The notes: generated by a model from the sequence alone, not told the origin. Positions 34,601 to 48,906 are shown, counted from the first letter of the stretch. The stretch is 64,000 nucleotides of DNA from Harriotta raleighana (GCA_050575255.1 JBNZDD010013634.1:1652189-1716188); one strand, 5' to 3'. Program-made: numbers and translations.

Positions 34601-37600
34601 ATATTCATTCCCCCACCTCCATTATTAAACCTAGGTCTGCTTCCCTCCAAAGCTAACTTTTCCCAGACAACTGAACCATGTTGGCACAGATAATAATGTG
34701 TTTTGTGAACTACTGTCGACATCCACCTCTGTTTCCCCCAGAACTGTTCCCAACTGGATTCATAGCCAATTCTTTCTTGAAGGAATTAATGGATAGAGGA
34801 TACTTTAATGGACTCTATTTCACCTATCGATCCCTGGGGATGAATAGCATAATTGTATCTACAGCATCTCCCCTTGAATTTCTAGGCCTCTCATTAATTT
34901 CTCTTTGTCCAGTGATAGTTTTCTTCCTCTCAGCTACTTTGAGTTTGCCCTAACTTTATAAAAGTGCTGATGGAGCTCAGCCTTCACGAGCAGCCTTTCA
35001 TTTAATGTCCTGTCTATTCCTCCAGCCATCCCGAATCACTGAAATCCCAAATGTAGTAATGCTCTGTCCTAGAAAGGCAAGATTTTATTCTGAGAGTGGC
35101 TTACTGCAGCTTAAATACAGCATTGGAGGGTGAAAAAAGCGAGTATGTTGCAATGTTTGGAGGTCAGGGAGACTGAGCATTGTATTGAAGCAAATTTGAT
35201 GCATACGTGAAGCTTGGAGTTGTAGTGAAAATGTTCATCTGTTGCTGTTGGTCAGCTTACATGCAAAAAAGGAAAGCAACTGGACCCAAACACAGTCTTT
35301 GTGTTGTGGGGACTGTGATTTGCTTAAACAGCATTTGCTTTCTGTGGTCCTGCTGGTTAGCACATAACCAGCCCCTAAAACTCTGTATTGTCCAATTCAT
35401 GTATTGTCCTCAGTTAAATCAGATTTCAGAATTCATGATTGTGACCAGATGTAAGGCATTTTTAAGACTCTCTTCTCCCCACACCCACCGACCACACCAG
35501 CCCCTTGAGAATTTGTGTGATCTCTTCATACACAGCTTTGCTCTCTTTGAAAAAGCATTTGATAAAATATTCACCAGCTTCCAAAATACTCGGAGGTCCC
35601 TCCTTGGGGTGAAAAATAATTATTCAGCATCTGTTTTACAACTGCTTTCTTCCTAAACCAGCTTTTCTGAATTAGTCCACTGAATCAAAGGGAACTGTCG
35701 TCTTTTATTTATCTTTATTGAGCAGAGTTATGTTTTGTCGCAATTTGTAATTTCTATCTTGTAAAAATCTAGCTTTGTGGTTGACGATTTTGTGTTTTAG
35801 GTAACGAAGCTTTGATTCTAGTGAATGTCTTCCTAGGAGAAAGCTAAAGTGCCCGTGAGCACCCATAATTTGCAGACTTGGCTCCAGAAGGGACTTGGGA
35901 TTCAAGCCTTACGATCCCATGAATTTCAAACAGAGATAATTGGAATTCTTCCAAATAACCAACAGAAATGCCTGCTTTAACCCTTAAATGAGATGCCCTG
36001 ACAGTTTCTTAGATGTGTGGGATCTTGCAAAACGGAATGATCAGCCACAAATGCTGGATTTACACTACAGGATTTACAGAGATGGTCACTGAGACCAGCT
36101 AGAAAGATTTTCTATAATTTGCTGTGTATCATCGATAAATGTCTGCAATACCAGGATTGCAATTGTTATATTCAGAAGGCCAGTCTCCCAACAATGTCCT
36201 TCAATGTGGAGTGAGCCCAGTGCTGGGTTAAATCTGTGTTCATTCGCAATCCATCTTGCAGACTGAAGCCCCCCTTTGCGCAGTCACTTTGTGAAGTCTC
36301 ACTGTGTCATTACTTTAGGCAAAACNGATTTATTCATGTTATCATTGCATTAAAAAGTGCTATTTAAAAAAAAAACTCTACTCAATGAATATGAAGAGAA
36401 CAAAAACATTTGCCATTTCCAGCATAGGTTTAATATTGTGACGAGGGGTGGCAGCTGATACGAGTGTCTTTGCTGTGGCCAGGCACAAGCCTAAAGAGAG
36501 CAACAGGCCCACTTCTGCCTCACAATGTCTGGTGATGCCCTGGGCCCTCCAGTCTGCACTGCAACACGCAATTTCAGGCCTCCTGAGGCGCAATAATGTC
36601 TGATTCAACATCAGTCCAGGTGCCCATTCATTCCCAATATATTCAAATGGGTATGTGTTATTGCAGAATCCCAGGACTCAGTCTGCACTGTGACTGATGC
36701 AAGTATTGGCAGCAAAAGCAAAAGTCAGAGCTCCAGATTCATGCTACTAACCCCAAATACTGAGTACTGTGACGAAAGCGTTTTTATTAAAAATCAGAAC
36801 TATATTGGACTTAATTGTTGGAGTTGATTTTGCTGAACCTCCTGCACACAATAAACCATGTGGTAAGGAGCTCAGTGGGGACCATGACACACTCTTATCA
36901 CCTAATGAAAACCTGCTGTTCAAGGTGGGTTAATGACTCCAATTCTTCTGTAATTACAATGCACGATATTGCCAATTCAGGTCAGGACATTTGGATTTTA
37001 ATGATCCTTGCTTAACATCAACAACTGGAGATGTGGCGGGGCGGTGGGGCATTGCTTACCATGAAGGGAGGTGGGGTAGGCGGCAGTTAAGATGATTTTG
37101 TTTGAATGAAAAAGAAAAGAAATGATATTATAGAGCGACAATAACACAAAGAGTACACTCTCTAATGCAAGTGCACTCTAGAGGTAGTGTATGTGTTTGT
37201 GTGTATGTGAATGTGGGGGATTACAACACATTTTAGTTATGCTACTGCAGACTTCAAATGCCTTAAATGCTGTTCACTGCGAAATGAGCTGATTTGAGAT
37301 GAAGGTTCAGATGTACTGAATTTGTAGTAATAAAGGAGATCCATAATAAGTATAATGTCGTTCATTAACACTGTTCATTAAAGCAGTATGAAGACAGCAT
37401 CAGCAGCTGCATTTAGCACAGCCCTGCTCATGTTACAAATGACCCGACCCAGAGTTCATTTGTTAAAGCAAATTTTAGAGATATTGAATAATCTATAGCC
37501 CAATACATTTACTGCAGGTTGAACTGGAAGCAGCTGTACTCCCTTATTACATCTTTAATAAGTATAACTTGTAAGATCAATTAATCCCAGCTACAAATAT

Positions 37601-38804
37601 TTGTTAACCAAAGAAATACGTTTCTAAACTCTAATGATCCACATTATTCCACATCTTGTGTATTAAAATGAGTGTTATAAATTGTTACTGACATGTTCTG
37701 GTGAGCAGCTCGAGCACGGAGAGGAATAAAATGTAAAAACAGGCAGGAAAAAGAAAGACATTTAGCTTCACCTTGTGCCAAAATCATCATCGCAGTTTTT
37801 ACTCTCCCCAGTATACATAAGGCTTGTGTTCATTAGTGCTTCCACAGCAGGATTTTTTTTTTAACGATACATAAATAAGCCTCATTGTGCTTAACATGGC
37901 TGTTGGGGAACTCACAATATCGTCCAATGTTTAAATCATTTAATTTGGATTTTTTGAGGCGTAGGGCAATAATACGCAGTGCTCACATTCCAATGAACAG
38001 GGACATTGCCCAAAAGGATATGTGCACGTTCTCCAAGTCTCCTTTGGGGGAAAAAGATTTGGAAAAACAGGATATATGAACAGGCCATAACATAGAGTTG
38101 GGAAGTGGTGAATGTAGATTTAGACATTGTGGCTTGTGGAAAGAGATGAATAGGGACTTTGTTTCTACCTATCATCGTCTGAAAGAAAAGTAGTGACATT
38201 GAGAATGCTTTATCTTTCTATCCCAAGCATTTTGAGACATTTCAACGTGATAAAGGAAATTTTCCAACCATTTGGTGAAATTTAGTTGAATACAATTTTT
38301 GGATTCATCAATACTGTTGGAACTCATCACTGACAGAGCTCTGACTTGTGTTTTCTCCTGAAATACAGTCCACTCCACATAAGACTAATCCTGATGAAAT
38401 CAACTTTGCCTCTTGTAAACTTCTTCGCTGTTCATTTAATTTCTTTTATTTCGGCGCCAAATGATTGCCAGCTAAGAGGGTGTTTATGGTATTCTATTGT
38501 TTGAACACTGAATAGTGCAATTTAAAAACAATGCACTCTTTAACCAAGCTCAGGGTTCAAACAGTAACAGTGAAAAAATTAGTTCCTGGTGTGAACAATT
38601 CTTTTCTTGGCAAATTGACGTTATTGTTTAGTCCTGAAATTCCACAGTCTTAGCCTGGAAGGTTATTTTGTCCTAAAATTTCCAATCACATAGAATTGTG
38701 GAAACCTCTTCATTTTGCAGCTAATTTGGATCTATTTTTCCACAAGTCTTAATCTATCAAATCAAGTCTAAATTGGAGGATTTTCACATTTCTGCACAAA
38801 TTAA

Positions 38805-38978
38805 ATAATGATATTGCGTCTTGTCACATCACGGAAATTGCTTCACAGCATTTACTGTAAAGTGGATTGATTGAGCAGTTTGTGGGTAAATGCGGCAGCC
38901 AGTTGTGTGCCGCAATGTTCCCACAAACAGCCATGGAGTGAGTGACCAATATTATTTGGGGGATTGTTGGGCAGGACA
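38805..38978 (-). mobile_element. Older SINE 3' half reaching the start of the Deu core
   Basis: gcttcacagcatttactgtaaagtgg...gcggcagccag...gagtgaccaat...gattgttgggcaggaca. Confidence 0.75.
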
Positions 38979-40012
38979 ACATTCTCCAAAATTAAAATGC
39001 CCTTTGCAAATTAAAATAAGACCAAATGGTCTAACAAAAATTGACAAGACAAAATTTTAGACCTTTAAAAGCAGGCAACAAATGTTTGCATCCAATGATA
39101 TAACATTTTGTTTCCGATTGTGTCCCCTGCTGCACACTTTTTTCTCCCCCTTTTGTTTTTAGTATTAAAACAAGTCAAATAGAATTGAGAAAGGTAACAG
39201 CAGGGCAGACAAACAATCTGTTAGTTACAGTGGGAGTTAGCATGCTGAAGCAGTCTCTGCAGTGGAGCAAGCTTGATCCTAGTGGAGTCAGGAAACAAAC
39301 CTGGGAGAAATTTTCCTTTAACAGAGAGCAGCTCTGCTGTGAAATCTGAAACCAGTTCAGCTACTTTCATTGTTAAGCCTCTTCTCCTAAATTGCATTGC
39401 CCAGTAGAGAAACGCGTACATTAATAACAGTTTTTGCAAACAGTACCTGGAAATTATTAGCAGAAAATATAAGACAGTAATTTCTTATATGACTGCTTCA
39501 CTGCACAATATAAAATGCCATTTCATTCCGTGAGACACCCAGGTTACAGACACAGCACAAGGCATGTAACCTGATAAGTCTCAGGAACTAATAAACTATG
39601 TAAGATCGATAGAATTGTTATTTTTTTTGTGCAAGAGTTTACAGATTTTTCCAAATCTCTAGGAAATGTTGAGTGACCTGAAAGTGTAAATTGTACCAAG
39701 CCTCTGGAGTTAAAGAAAATAAAAGTAATAAAAACTGTGATATTGTTGGTATCTCTTCTGTAATTTAATGCTGCAAAATAATCAGAAATTCTTTAATGAA
39801 CAAACTTTGTGAACCAAAGACAGACTTGCTCCACTGCAAAAACATACTAATTTAGTTAAAAGATTGTATAGTCCTTAGATTGTATATTGGTATGTTTTAG
39901 CAATAAAATGCATGATCTGATCTGAACTCAATATCATTTTCAAGGACCTATGGATTCAAATATAAATAGATGTGAGAGTTTGAATTACGTTGAATATTGG
40001 CCCCCACTTTTT

Positions 40013-40135
40013 AATAATAATACTAGTCCTTGTATTTGATTTAGTGCCTTATCACTTTGTTGAGACATCTCAAAGCATTTCACAAAATATACTGTACAGT
40101 ACTGTAGAGTGAATTATATATTTTGTGGGTGAAAA
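40013..40135 (-). mobile_element. SINE 3' fragment
   Basis: ccttgtatttgatttagtgccttatcac...gagacatctcaaagcatttcacaaaatatactg. Confidence 0.8.
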
Positions 40136-41106
40136 GTAAAAAATATGCAATCAAAGAGATTTACTTAGTGTTACTATTTATTTATAAAGAGACTTATTTT
40201 GTATTGCTATTTTAACACAAAAAATTGATTTAGTGCTTTCTTTAGTGTTAACATTTTAATATTAAATAAATGTCAAATTTTTCTGAATCTAATGTTATTC
40301 TGCCAGGGGATAAACAAATTTCATTGTAGTTTTAGAAGACATGGTATATTTCAGCATCCGTAATCCCTATTGTTAATATTTGATTCCCGTGTGGATCAGC
40401 CAAGCCATGAGGTCAGAGCTAGGAGCCTCCATAACCTTCCACAAAGAACAAGAATGGGCAAATAAATCATGTTTCTGCCCAATATAAGAATCTTAATGCA
40501 GCAGGAAAATGTTTAATCTTCAAAATGTGGTAGGTTTAGTTCATTTGGGGTTGTAACTGTCGCTATCTCTTGTTTTCAAGTTCCTGGCCTGCCTCAGCAA
40601 GCCATGGAGCCAAAAAAATATATCCCTGACACGCTCAACAGCAACTAATCTAACTTTTTCTGCATTCTCCACATTTTCAGGATTAAGCATTCTTCAAGGG
40701 GAAGTGGTTTAGGGATTTATTGGCTTTGTGGTTCGATGAGCCAGTTCAGGATGAATCTGAACATGGAACGTGAGATAGTAAGAAAGGCACTGAGAGAGTC
40801 CAATAATTCCACATTCAACCATGTCTTTGATGTTCAATAAAGAGCAATTTTTCCCCTTGAAACACCGTCCATTCTTAATTTATGATATTTATTGCAATAT
40901 TGTAGTATTGCCCCTAAATTGTAGTATTCCTTAATAGAATTCCTAAAGACCCACTGGAAGCCCACTCAGGAAGTAGAATGAAATGGATTGTAAGACGTGT
41001 CCCAGTTACTGTAACAAATCTTCATTTGCACGACTCTGGTTCCTCATTCACCTCCCCTCTGTTTCTATTCAGTATCAAACCAAAACTCAGACAAGTCCTT
41101 ATGTTT

Positions 41107-41178
41107 ATTCACTTTACAGTATATTCTATAAAGCACTCAACGACGTGATAAGGTACTATATCAAATGCAAGGATTATT
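41107..41178 (+). mobile_element. SINE tail
   Basis: attcactttacagtatattct...gataaggtactatatcaaatgcaaggattatt. Confidence 0.8.
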
Positions 41179-41989
41179 AACATTGTTAATTCGATTAAGG
41201 CAAAATCCATTTAAAAAAAATTATGCATTTGGAACTTTTCACACATGTGAAAGTGCTTCATGCAACTGTAAGTTCACAATTCAATAGGAACCAGTGGGAG
41301 GACAAAACTAATAGGGAAGGGTGAAAGAGTCTAAATCTAATTTGTTTAGTGATTTCACATATTTTAAGCCTTCTGATCAGATCATTCAAACCCTGAATCA
41401 TGGAATGAGATCTTATTAATTTAAGGCTCTTTTGGCTCGCAATGTTTCAGCAGGCAGCTTGATTTTCAGACCATGCAAGATCTCAGTCCACTTTGCTGCG
41501 CTGCATCACATCAATAAAAACTTCCAAAATGACTAATTTTAATAACCAGCAAGAGAGAAAAAATACTTACTAATGATGTGATTCTGAAATTGCTGTATAA
41601 TTGGCCATAAAGATTTGAAAACAAGATCAATATGACTGCTGGAAGTCATCGGCAGCCACTTCAATAATTGTATAATGGCAGCTTTCAACTAGTCCATTCA
41701 AAGAACTAAACCCCAAATAATTTCTCATATCCCCTAGTTTCCTATTTAACATTGGTTTTATTGGCTGAAATATTCTCCTCTTGAGCAAAGGTGGACTGGT
41801 TTTAACAATACAAAGTAAAAGCATTGTGATTCAAATTATTTGTAAGGGCCTGGTATCACCAGCAGTTGAATAACTGCCAAACATCAATTTTAAGTGCTCG
41901 CTCTGTCCACAGTTCTTTGGTTTTCATACTGCTGGACAATGTATAACACCATACCACTTCTCATCATGCAAAGGCAATTCCTATCCCTA

Positions 41990-42240
41990 TAAGAAAATGA
42001 AAGAACTTCTGATAAAGAAGGTCCATCAGTCCATTTGAACTCATCCATCCAGAATGCCCACTCTTCTGACTTCCCTAATGAGAAGGGAACAAACTGTTAT
42101 TTGCTAAGTAATCAGATCTGTTAACAGAACAAACTGTTTCTTCAATTAGTCAAGCTTTTACCATTCTCCCTAGGAAATTACTCTAGCTATTGATTATCCT
42201 GTGTAAAAAAAATTGCTTCTTGAAATTCGTCATATCCCTG
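41990..42240 (-). mobile_element. Decayed CR1 3' fragment
   Basis: aagaaggtccatcagtccat...ctcatccatcc...accattctccctagg...ctgtgtaaaaaaaattgcttct. Confidence 0.5.
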
Positions 42241-42259
42241 AACTTGTGATTTTGTCTCT

Positions 42260-42421
42260 ATTGTTTATGGCGACAAAGTACAGTACATATAAAGAATCAC
42301 AAATACTATAGCACTGCCTATTCAGCACAATGTATGTGATGAGCATATACATTGTGCTGAATAGGCAGTGCTATAGTTTCGTGATTCTTTATATGTACTG
42401 TACTTTGTTGCCATATACAAT
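42260..42421. repeat. Near-perfect 162-bp palindrome
   Basis: Arms 42260-42338 and 42344-42421, loop ATGAG; 3 point mismatches plus one small indel or mismatch patch. Confidence 0.95.
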
Positions 42422-42559
42422 TCCCTGCTCTTTTTCCATATTCTTTTATTTGGTTCCTCTTCAAATATTTATCCCATTCCTTTTGAAACATAGTCATGGT
42501 CTTAGCTTCAATTGTGCCTCAGGAAAAGACATGGGCAATGTTAGCTTCTGAATCCTGTT

Positions 42560-42725
42560 TAATCGCTCACTCCTCATCGCTTTCACTTTCAAACTTTCAG
42601 TCACTGTTCCCCATTCCTGTGGAACTCTTCCAAGCCATTTTGCCTTGCCAACTATCTGTGTGTCACCATTTCCACCCCTCGCCATCTCTCCTTGTCTTCA
42701 AAATCCTCTTTAAAACATCCTCGCA
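42560..42725 (+). mobile_element. Old L2 ORF2-end fragment
   Basis: ctttcagtcac...ctgtggaactc...cttcaaaatcctctttaaaac (WNS...FKxxLKT). Confidence 0.45.
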
Positions 42726-44249
42726 TATTTTAAACTTAAAATAACCATACTTTTTGTCAGAAGATTTAACAATTTCTTATTTTGCTGCTGGTTATTTGTG
42801 AGCGCCAATGTCGAGTGTTATGGGATGTTCTTTTATCTGAGAGACACCTATCTAAAAGCAAGTTGAGGTCTCTCACAATATTTCTCATGCTGTTTCCCTG
42901 AAACTTCAAGGTCACTGAAGATATGGCAGCGCAGAAAACGTTGATGAGAAAATGGGTATAAATTATGTCAGCAGATTCCATCAATAAGGGTGCTTTCAGT
43001 AGTACTTGTCCAAACTTGATCATAGCCAATGTTGCATTCAACTTAAGTTATCTATGCAGTGTGGCCAAGTCAAGTTACATTGTTCTCCATTGGTTGATCT
43101 CTTAAATTTCCAGCAATAGCAAAGCTGTCAATCCACTGTGTAAACTGTGCAAAAGGTTTCTTTTTGAAATTTTAGCGTTAGAATGCTCAAAGGTCACGGT
43201 GGAATCGCTGACTTCAGTGAAATGAAAACTATCAATACCTTTTTTGTTGGTTCTTATCCCCAAAGAGTTCTGCATTGAATCAAATCAAGAGGAATTCAAA
43301 AATAATTGACAACATTGCACTCTGAACATAAATTCTTCCAGGTCACAAGAAAAGATCGATTGTATATTAATCTGCAGTTCACCGCAACATTCAGTTGACG
43401 CAACGCATTTTCATTTAATTTCTTGTCTACAGTTAAACGCATTTGCGGCTTTTCAGGAAATATTATGCTCCAATCAGGATTACCATTGCCTGCTTATTAG
43501 AAAAAGGCCAATTTGTAATATTTATATCTAACCCATTTAATCATTCATGTTGCAACTGAATCTAAATTAAAACGCTTAATTATACAAAATATGATGTTTT
43601 ACAAGAAGTCGTTAGTGTGCAAAACAGAACCGTTGAGAGCTGTTTTGATAATATTCAGTGCACTTAGAAATGCAACACAAATAATTGGGAAGGATTTTAT
43701 GCTTGGAATGGGATTATACTTTTAAGTGCTATGCTTGGATCAGAAACTCTGTATAATGGGTGCAAGTGGGAAGGGATTTGGTAGATTGGAATTCTATGCT
43801 TGAATCAGCAATATGTTTATTATTTTATATCCCAACATCATTCATTTATTGTTATAATTTATTCTGAGATGAAGGCACACTCACAATGTCTCAGCTAACC
43901 TGAAATGTACGGAGGAAGCAGTCTTGAACATTTTCAGCTATGCAGCCCAAAAGCTTTCTGATTAGTCTCAGGAAATGCAACAGCATTTCTACCTACCTAT
44001 GTGTTAATCCTCAATTCTCTTCGACCGTTCTGCAATGCATCAGTCACCCTTTTCTTTTCTCACTTCATTTTGCAGTCTTAGGTTAGAGCTATCACTCACC
44101 TGCCTTTTTCTTCTGCTGTTAGTATGGTTTGTGCTCATGTTGGTTTGGTAGGTTCACACCACCACATAAAAAAGCACATAGTTGTGTGGATTTGCTATGA
44201 TACCTTTGTACTTGGAGCAGTCATTTGTTTTTCTTCAATCAAACCTTGA

Positions 44250-44360
44250 TTGCCCACAAAATACATCATCAATCCACTTTTCTGTATATCCTGTGAATCA
44301 CTTTGAAACATCTCAAAGACGTGATGTGACGCTGTATCGAATGCAAGGATTATTAGTATT
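44250..44360 (+). mobile_element. SINE 3' fragment
   Basis: gcccacaaaatac...gacgtgatgtgacgctgtatcgaatgcaaggattatt. Confidence 0.8.
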
Positions 44361-45009
44361 TATGCCCGGTAGCTTAAACCAGATGTCTATAGATATTCTG
44401 CTATATGCCAAAATAGTAGAGGCTCAGGTAAATACTCGTTACTGAGGAAGTAGGGGAGTGAAAGCTGAATTACTAGCAATCTCCTCAGCTGGCATGTTCA
44501 CTTCTTCCACAGCTAAGTGAGAGTAATTATCTGTGGAGCTAATTCTTCCTTTAATAATAGACAGCATTGAAGTGCGGCATTCAGGCTTTGGCATAAAAGC
44601 CTGTGGGATTCTCTTAAGAAGGAAATCGGTGATGAAAGCAACAAATATCTCACCGGAAGCCTGAAATTTCTTTGTGCCTACTTCTCCATTTTGTGTTAAA
44701 ATGTGTTTTGTTAAGAACTGAGGGAATCAGCTTCCAAATTAAGATTGATTTGATGAGTTTTCCACAACACTGTGTGATGTTACATTTTAATACCAGATCT
44801 TGCATCTATATTGAGCCTGTCACACACATAGAATAGAATTGTAGAATGCTTTACAATGGGAGGGATGTGTTCTGAGAGGAAACGAGAGGTGGGGAGAGGG
44901 AGGTGACCATAGCTGCAGTCAAAGAGGTAGATTTGAAGTCGTCAAGACTTCAGACTGATAAATTCTAGAGGTTAGGGATAAATTTAAGATAAAATGATCC
45001 AATAAACTA

Positions 45010-45700
45010 AGACTAGGTGTAATTTCAGGCCATCATTGTTGTCTGTTACCCTTAAATCACTTGCAATTCACTGGCATCTTTCACAATGAGTTTTATCTGC
45101 TTCACGTTCCTGACAAAGGTTTGATTGGCGGAGAGATTTCCTCCAGCAGATTGACTTGATGATGCTCGCTCCAACTTTCAATTTCTTACCGAATTAAGTT
45201 ATTAAAAAGAATAAAGCACCCAGACTACATCAAGAGGGATATCACTTGGGACTGAAAATAATTATCTGTAGAGTTCAAAGACTCCTTTAAGTGATTATTC
45301 ACCTGTGCGTATACCAGGGCGAGCTTCATTCTCAGGGCACAGAGGAATTAGCAATCATGCTTGTGTAATAAAGCAGCTTCTGTCAAATTGTATAAACCTG
45401 CACAAACACAAATTTACAGAAAACCCAAGTTAATTAATACAAGACCGAAAACTAAAGAACGGCAAATTTATCTTTTAATAGAGATTAATGAGGAAGCACT
45501 TCACTAATTAAGACTAAAATGCAGCTAACAGCAGCTTTACTTATCCTTCAGAGCACTAACTATTTAAACAAGCTGGACTAGCAAAGTCCACGTTGAGACC
45601 CGGATCTATCTGTCTCCCTCGGCTGTCCGCGGAATGAGAACAACTATCTTTAATGGGAATAATTTAATCCTCATTTCCTCCTCTATTCAAAAATAATGTC
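45010..45700. promoter_or_regulatory. Candidate conserved non-coding element / enhancer
   Basis: Repeat-free; TGATTGGCGG, CATTGTT, TTCAAAG, CTGTCA, TAATTA x3; conservation not tested. Confidence 0.4.
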
Positions 45701-45800
45701 TTTAGCTTGATTATTGATTGTCTTATTTTTCTTTTGTGTTCTGTCATTTCGTTCTGTTTCTATATTCTTTTATGTCTCAGTTATGTGCATAGATGTGCCC

Positions 45801-45845
45801 ATGTGTGTGTGTATGTGTGTGTTTACATGCACGTGTGTTGTGTGA
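45801..45845. repeat. Imperfect (TG)n microsatellite
   Basis: atgtgtgtgtgtatgtgtgtgtttacatgcacgtgtg. Confidence 0.7.
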
Positions 45846-45971
45846 GTATACATATGGTGGGATTTGTGAACATTTACCAATACAAGGAGTATCCCACTAT
45901 CTGACCAAGCTAAAATACAGCAAGGTCAGATACTGAGTAAACTCTGACAATGTGACTTCACCCCAAACTAT

Positions 45972-46034
45972 TGTGAAGCGCTCTGAGACGCCATTTGGCA
46001 TGGAGGACACTGTATAAATCCAAGTTGTTGTTGT
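45972..46034 (+). mobile_element. Short L2-type tail
   Basis: tgtgaagcgctctgagacgcc...tataaatccaagttgttgttgtt. Confidence 0.65.
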
Positions 46035-47000
46035 TATTATCCCCTCTTTACTGTGGGGGGGAGGGGATCCCTTGCGCAAAGGCACCGAGGCTGCTCATGT
46101 ACATCATTCAAATGGCCATTCTTCATAGTGGGGCCTGGAGAAGCTGTAGGACCATCACACCCAAATTCCATCCTAACCTCAACTTCTGCTCTATGAATGT
46201 AATTTTGTTGCTCTTGATGTTGTTGCTCAGGCATACAGAAGTAGTGGGCATTATTTTCAAGTCATGGGCATTGCATTGCTGCAGTCATTGATTGATTGTA
46301 ACCTTTCTAGCATGTGACGCTGGCACAAATTGAGTTAGTTAACCTCAGATTCCCCAGTCCTGCAATGTGAAATGGTGATCAAACCTGGTACATTTGGCTC
46401 AGTTCAATTCTGGGTATTGACTTTAACCACTGAGCTATCAAACGAACACCAATCTGCCTTATTTTTACTTAAAGTTTCAATGCCCGTACAACTTCCGATT
46501 TAACAGAAAGTATGACCTTTCCATGTTCTACTTGACCTATCAAGCCAATTTCCTCCACATACCATGTACAATTTGCCTTATAATAAACTTTACCCACTCA
46601 ATCTCCCGAGAGATAACCAACCATGGACAAAACTCTAACAAGATAAGGCTGTGAAATCTCTCTCCACCTCACAGTTAATCGGCCAAAACTCCAAAATGTT
46701 AACACCTTCCAACATACTATGCAGCTCTGATCCCCTGGATTTTGCTTTCAATATAGCAGTTTTCTCTCTGGGATCTCTTAGCTTTCTTCTCCAGCTCTAT
46801 TGTCCTCCACTCCATTGTCGTACAACTCTATTGTCTATTGTCTGCAAACCTTGATAGAGCTGACATGTGTATATCGAAAGATAGAATCTTACAGCACAGA
46901 AGTAAGCTTTTCAGATAGTACCTGTGCTGCTACTATCTATTCTTCAGATCTAAATCATTTTTTATTATTAATCCCATTTTCCAGTACCTCCCCCATATGA

Positions 47001-47191
47001 CCACAAAATAAAGTCAATCCAGTTTACAGCAGCATATTCTGGCAAGCGCTTTGAGACGTCACAATGACGTGAAAAGGCACTTTATCTCCCAATGATAATC
47101 CCTGCATTTAATATAGCACCTTATCATGTCATTGAGACTTGTCAAAGACGCTTCGCAGGAATTACTTCAAAGTCTAGTGACTGTATTTTGT
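47001..47191. mobile_element. Tail-to-tail SINE fragments (plus 47001-47086, minus 47091-47191)
   Basis: aagcgctttgagacgtcacaatgacgtgaaaaggcac then ataatccctgcatttaatatagcaccttatcatgtc. Confidence 0.8.
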
Positions 47192-48255
47192 TGCAGTGGT
47201 ACTTATTCAGTTTCCCTCTGAAATGATTCTGTTGGTAAACACACTGCTGCCTTTTCCATCATATTGTACACAGACCTTGACTTCTTTAACCAATAGATAG
47301 GCCTCTCTCGCGGCAATATTACATTGATTCCACATTTAGCTTTCAACTAAAAAGAGCAGCTTGGCTCAGGTGTTTGCTTTTAAATGATACGACTAATGTT
47401 AAATAATCTCCAACCACCGCTCGAGAGTTTTGAAGGGAGACATGAGAGAGAGAATTCAGGACAATTCACACTTATTATTTTGACACAATTCAGGAGCAAG
47501 TAGCTTGATAGAAAGTACCCTTCGTTACTACCCATATAGTAACATATAAAAAGATCAACACAGCGAGAAATAGCGAGGTTAGTAATAAAGGGACAGATTG
47601 GGCTGAAAGGTTTCTCTCTCAGCTTTGCTTACATCAGCAGCACTTGCTGGACTAAAACTTCACAATACAATCTACAGTACAATTTGCTCATATACAGCAC
47701 CTTTCATTTCTGGGGGACATCCCAAAGCACTCGAAGGTTTAGAAAGGTTCCATTATAAGAAAGTCTAATTTCACATGTATCGCTGTAGGCAAGAGTGACA
47801 TCCTGAGGCCTTATGCCAACCATCTGCTATTACAGCCAATGTAAGTGACATGTGCAATACAAGTTAAGACAAACAAAACTGATAGCTGAGGCACATCATT
47901 GGAGCCTCAATACATCTTATAAACAGTGAACATGTCCATGCTCTTTACAACCTCACCTCTAATTCTAAACTTTTGTTCTTTTCACAAAGTATCTGTCCAA
48001 ACATCAATACTGTCATTTGCCTTGAGTATGGATCCTCCATACTAATAATCACCGAATGTTAATTGCACCAATTAATTCTCAATCTGTCGCCCTCATTGTC
48101 TGTCTGCCTCCAGCTCTGGAGGTTACAGTTAAAATGAACTGATCTTTAAATTTCCTCCAGGGAAGTTTATTGCTGACAACCTTCCTAGCCAGATCAACAG
48201 AAAGGAAGCTGGTTTAGCATTTTCTGTTAATTGAAGCAATACTGAATTGACTGCA

Positions 48256-48290
48256 TTGTGCGTGTGTGTGTGTGTATGTGCGTGTACGCA
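48256..48290. repeat. Imperfect (TG)n microsatellite
   Basis: tgtgcgtgtgtgtgtgtgtatgtgcgtgtacgc. Confidence 0.7.
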
Positions 48291-48567
48291 TGAAAGAGCG
48301 AGTGTATATATAAAAGGGGGAGGGGGCACTGCGTGATGTTTAGTATTTTGTTCTTGTGAGGTTCAGTAATGAGGATAACTCACTATTCTGGGCATTTATA
48401 CATAATCTTTCTTTTATTCCAAATGAATGGTGGCCAAACATACCAAGAGGGCAAAGTAGAGCTGGCTATTCATTGTCCTTTATGGCAGGCTCCCACTTGC
48501 GTTTATTTATTATTTCAATGCTTTGTTAAGCTTTAGACTTTCTGTGTTTCCAAACTTAAATTTTATC

Positions 48568-48906
48568 ATAATAATAAGAATCCTTGCATTTCATATAGCG
48601 CCTTAACACAGAATATACTGTGAAGTAAATTGACTGTATATTTTGTGGGCAAAACGTGGCAGCCAATTGCGCACAGCAGTGTCTCGCAATACTCATCGAT
48701 TGAGTGACCACATTTTGCTTTTGACTGGATGATTATGCCTGAAAAGCAATCCGACAATCAACTAAAAAACGGGTTCCTACTTCCTGGTAGATAAACAAAA
48801 GTGTGTGGAGTAAGGAAACTTAAGGATTTGCCCTTCTCGGGAAATAGAACCACTGTCCTCTCATTTGCAAGATAAGTGCACTAAACAACACACAACAGAA
48901 CTCCAC
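48568..48906 (-). mobile_element. Full-length SINE, long variant
   Basis: Tail at 48568; central block ttcctacttcctggtagataaac; decayed tRNA head ending cagaactccac. Confidence 0.85.

Noticed and set aside
36326-36326. Second single N
   Set aside because: No flanking duplication; just an ambiguous base or join.
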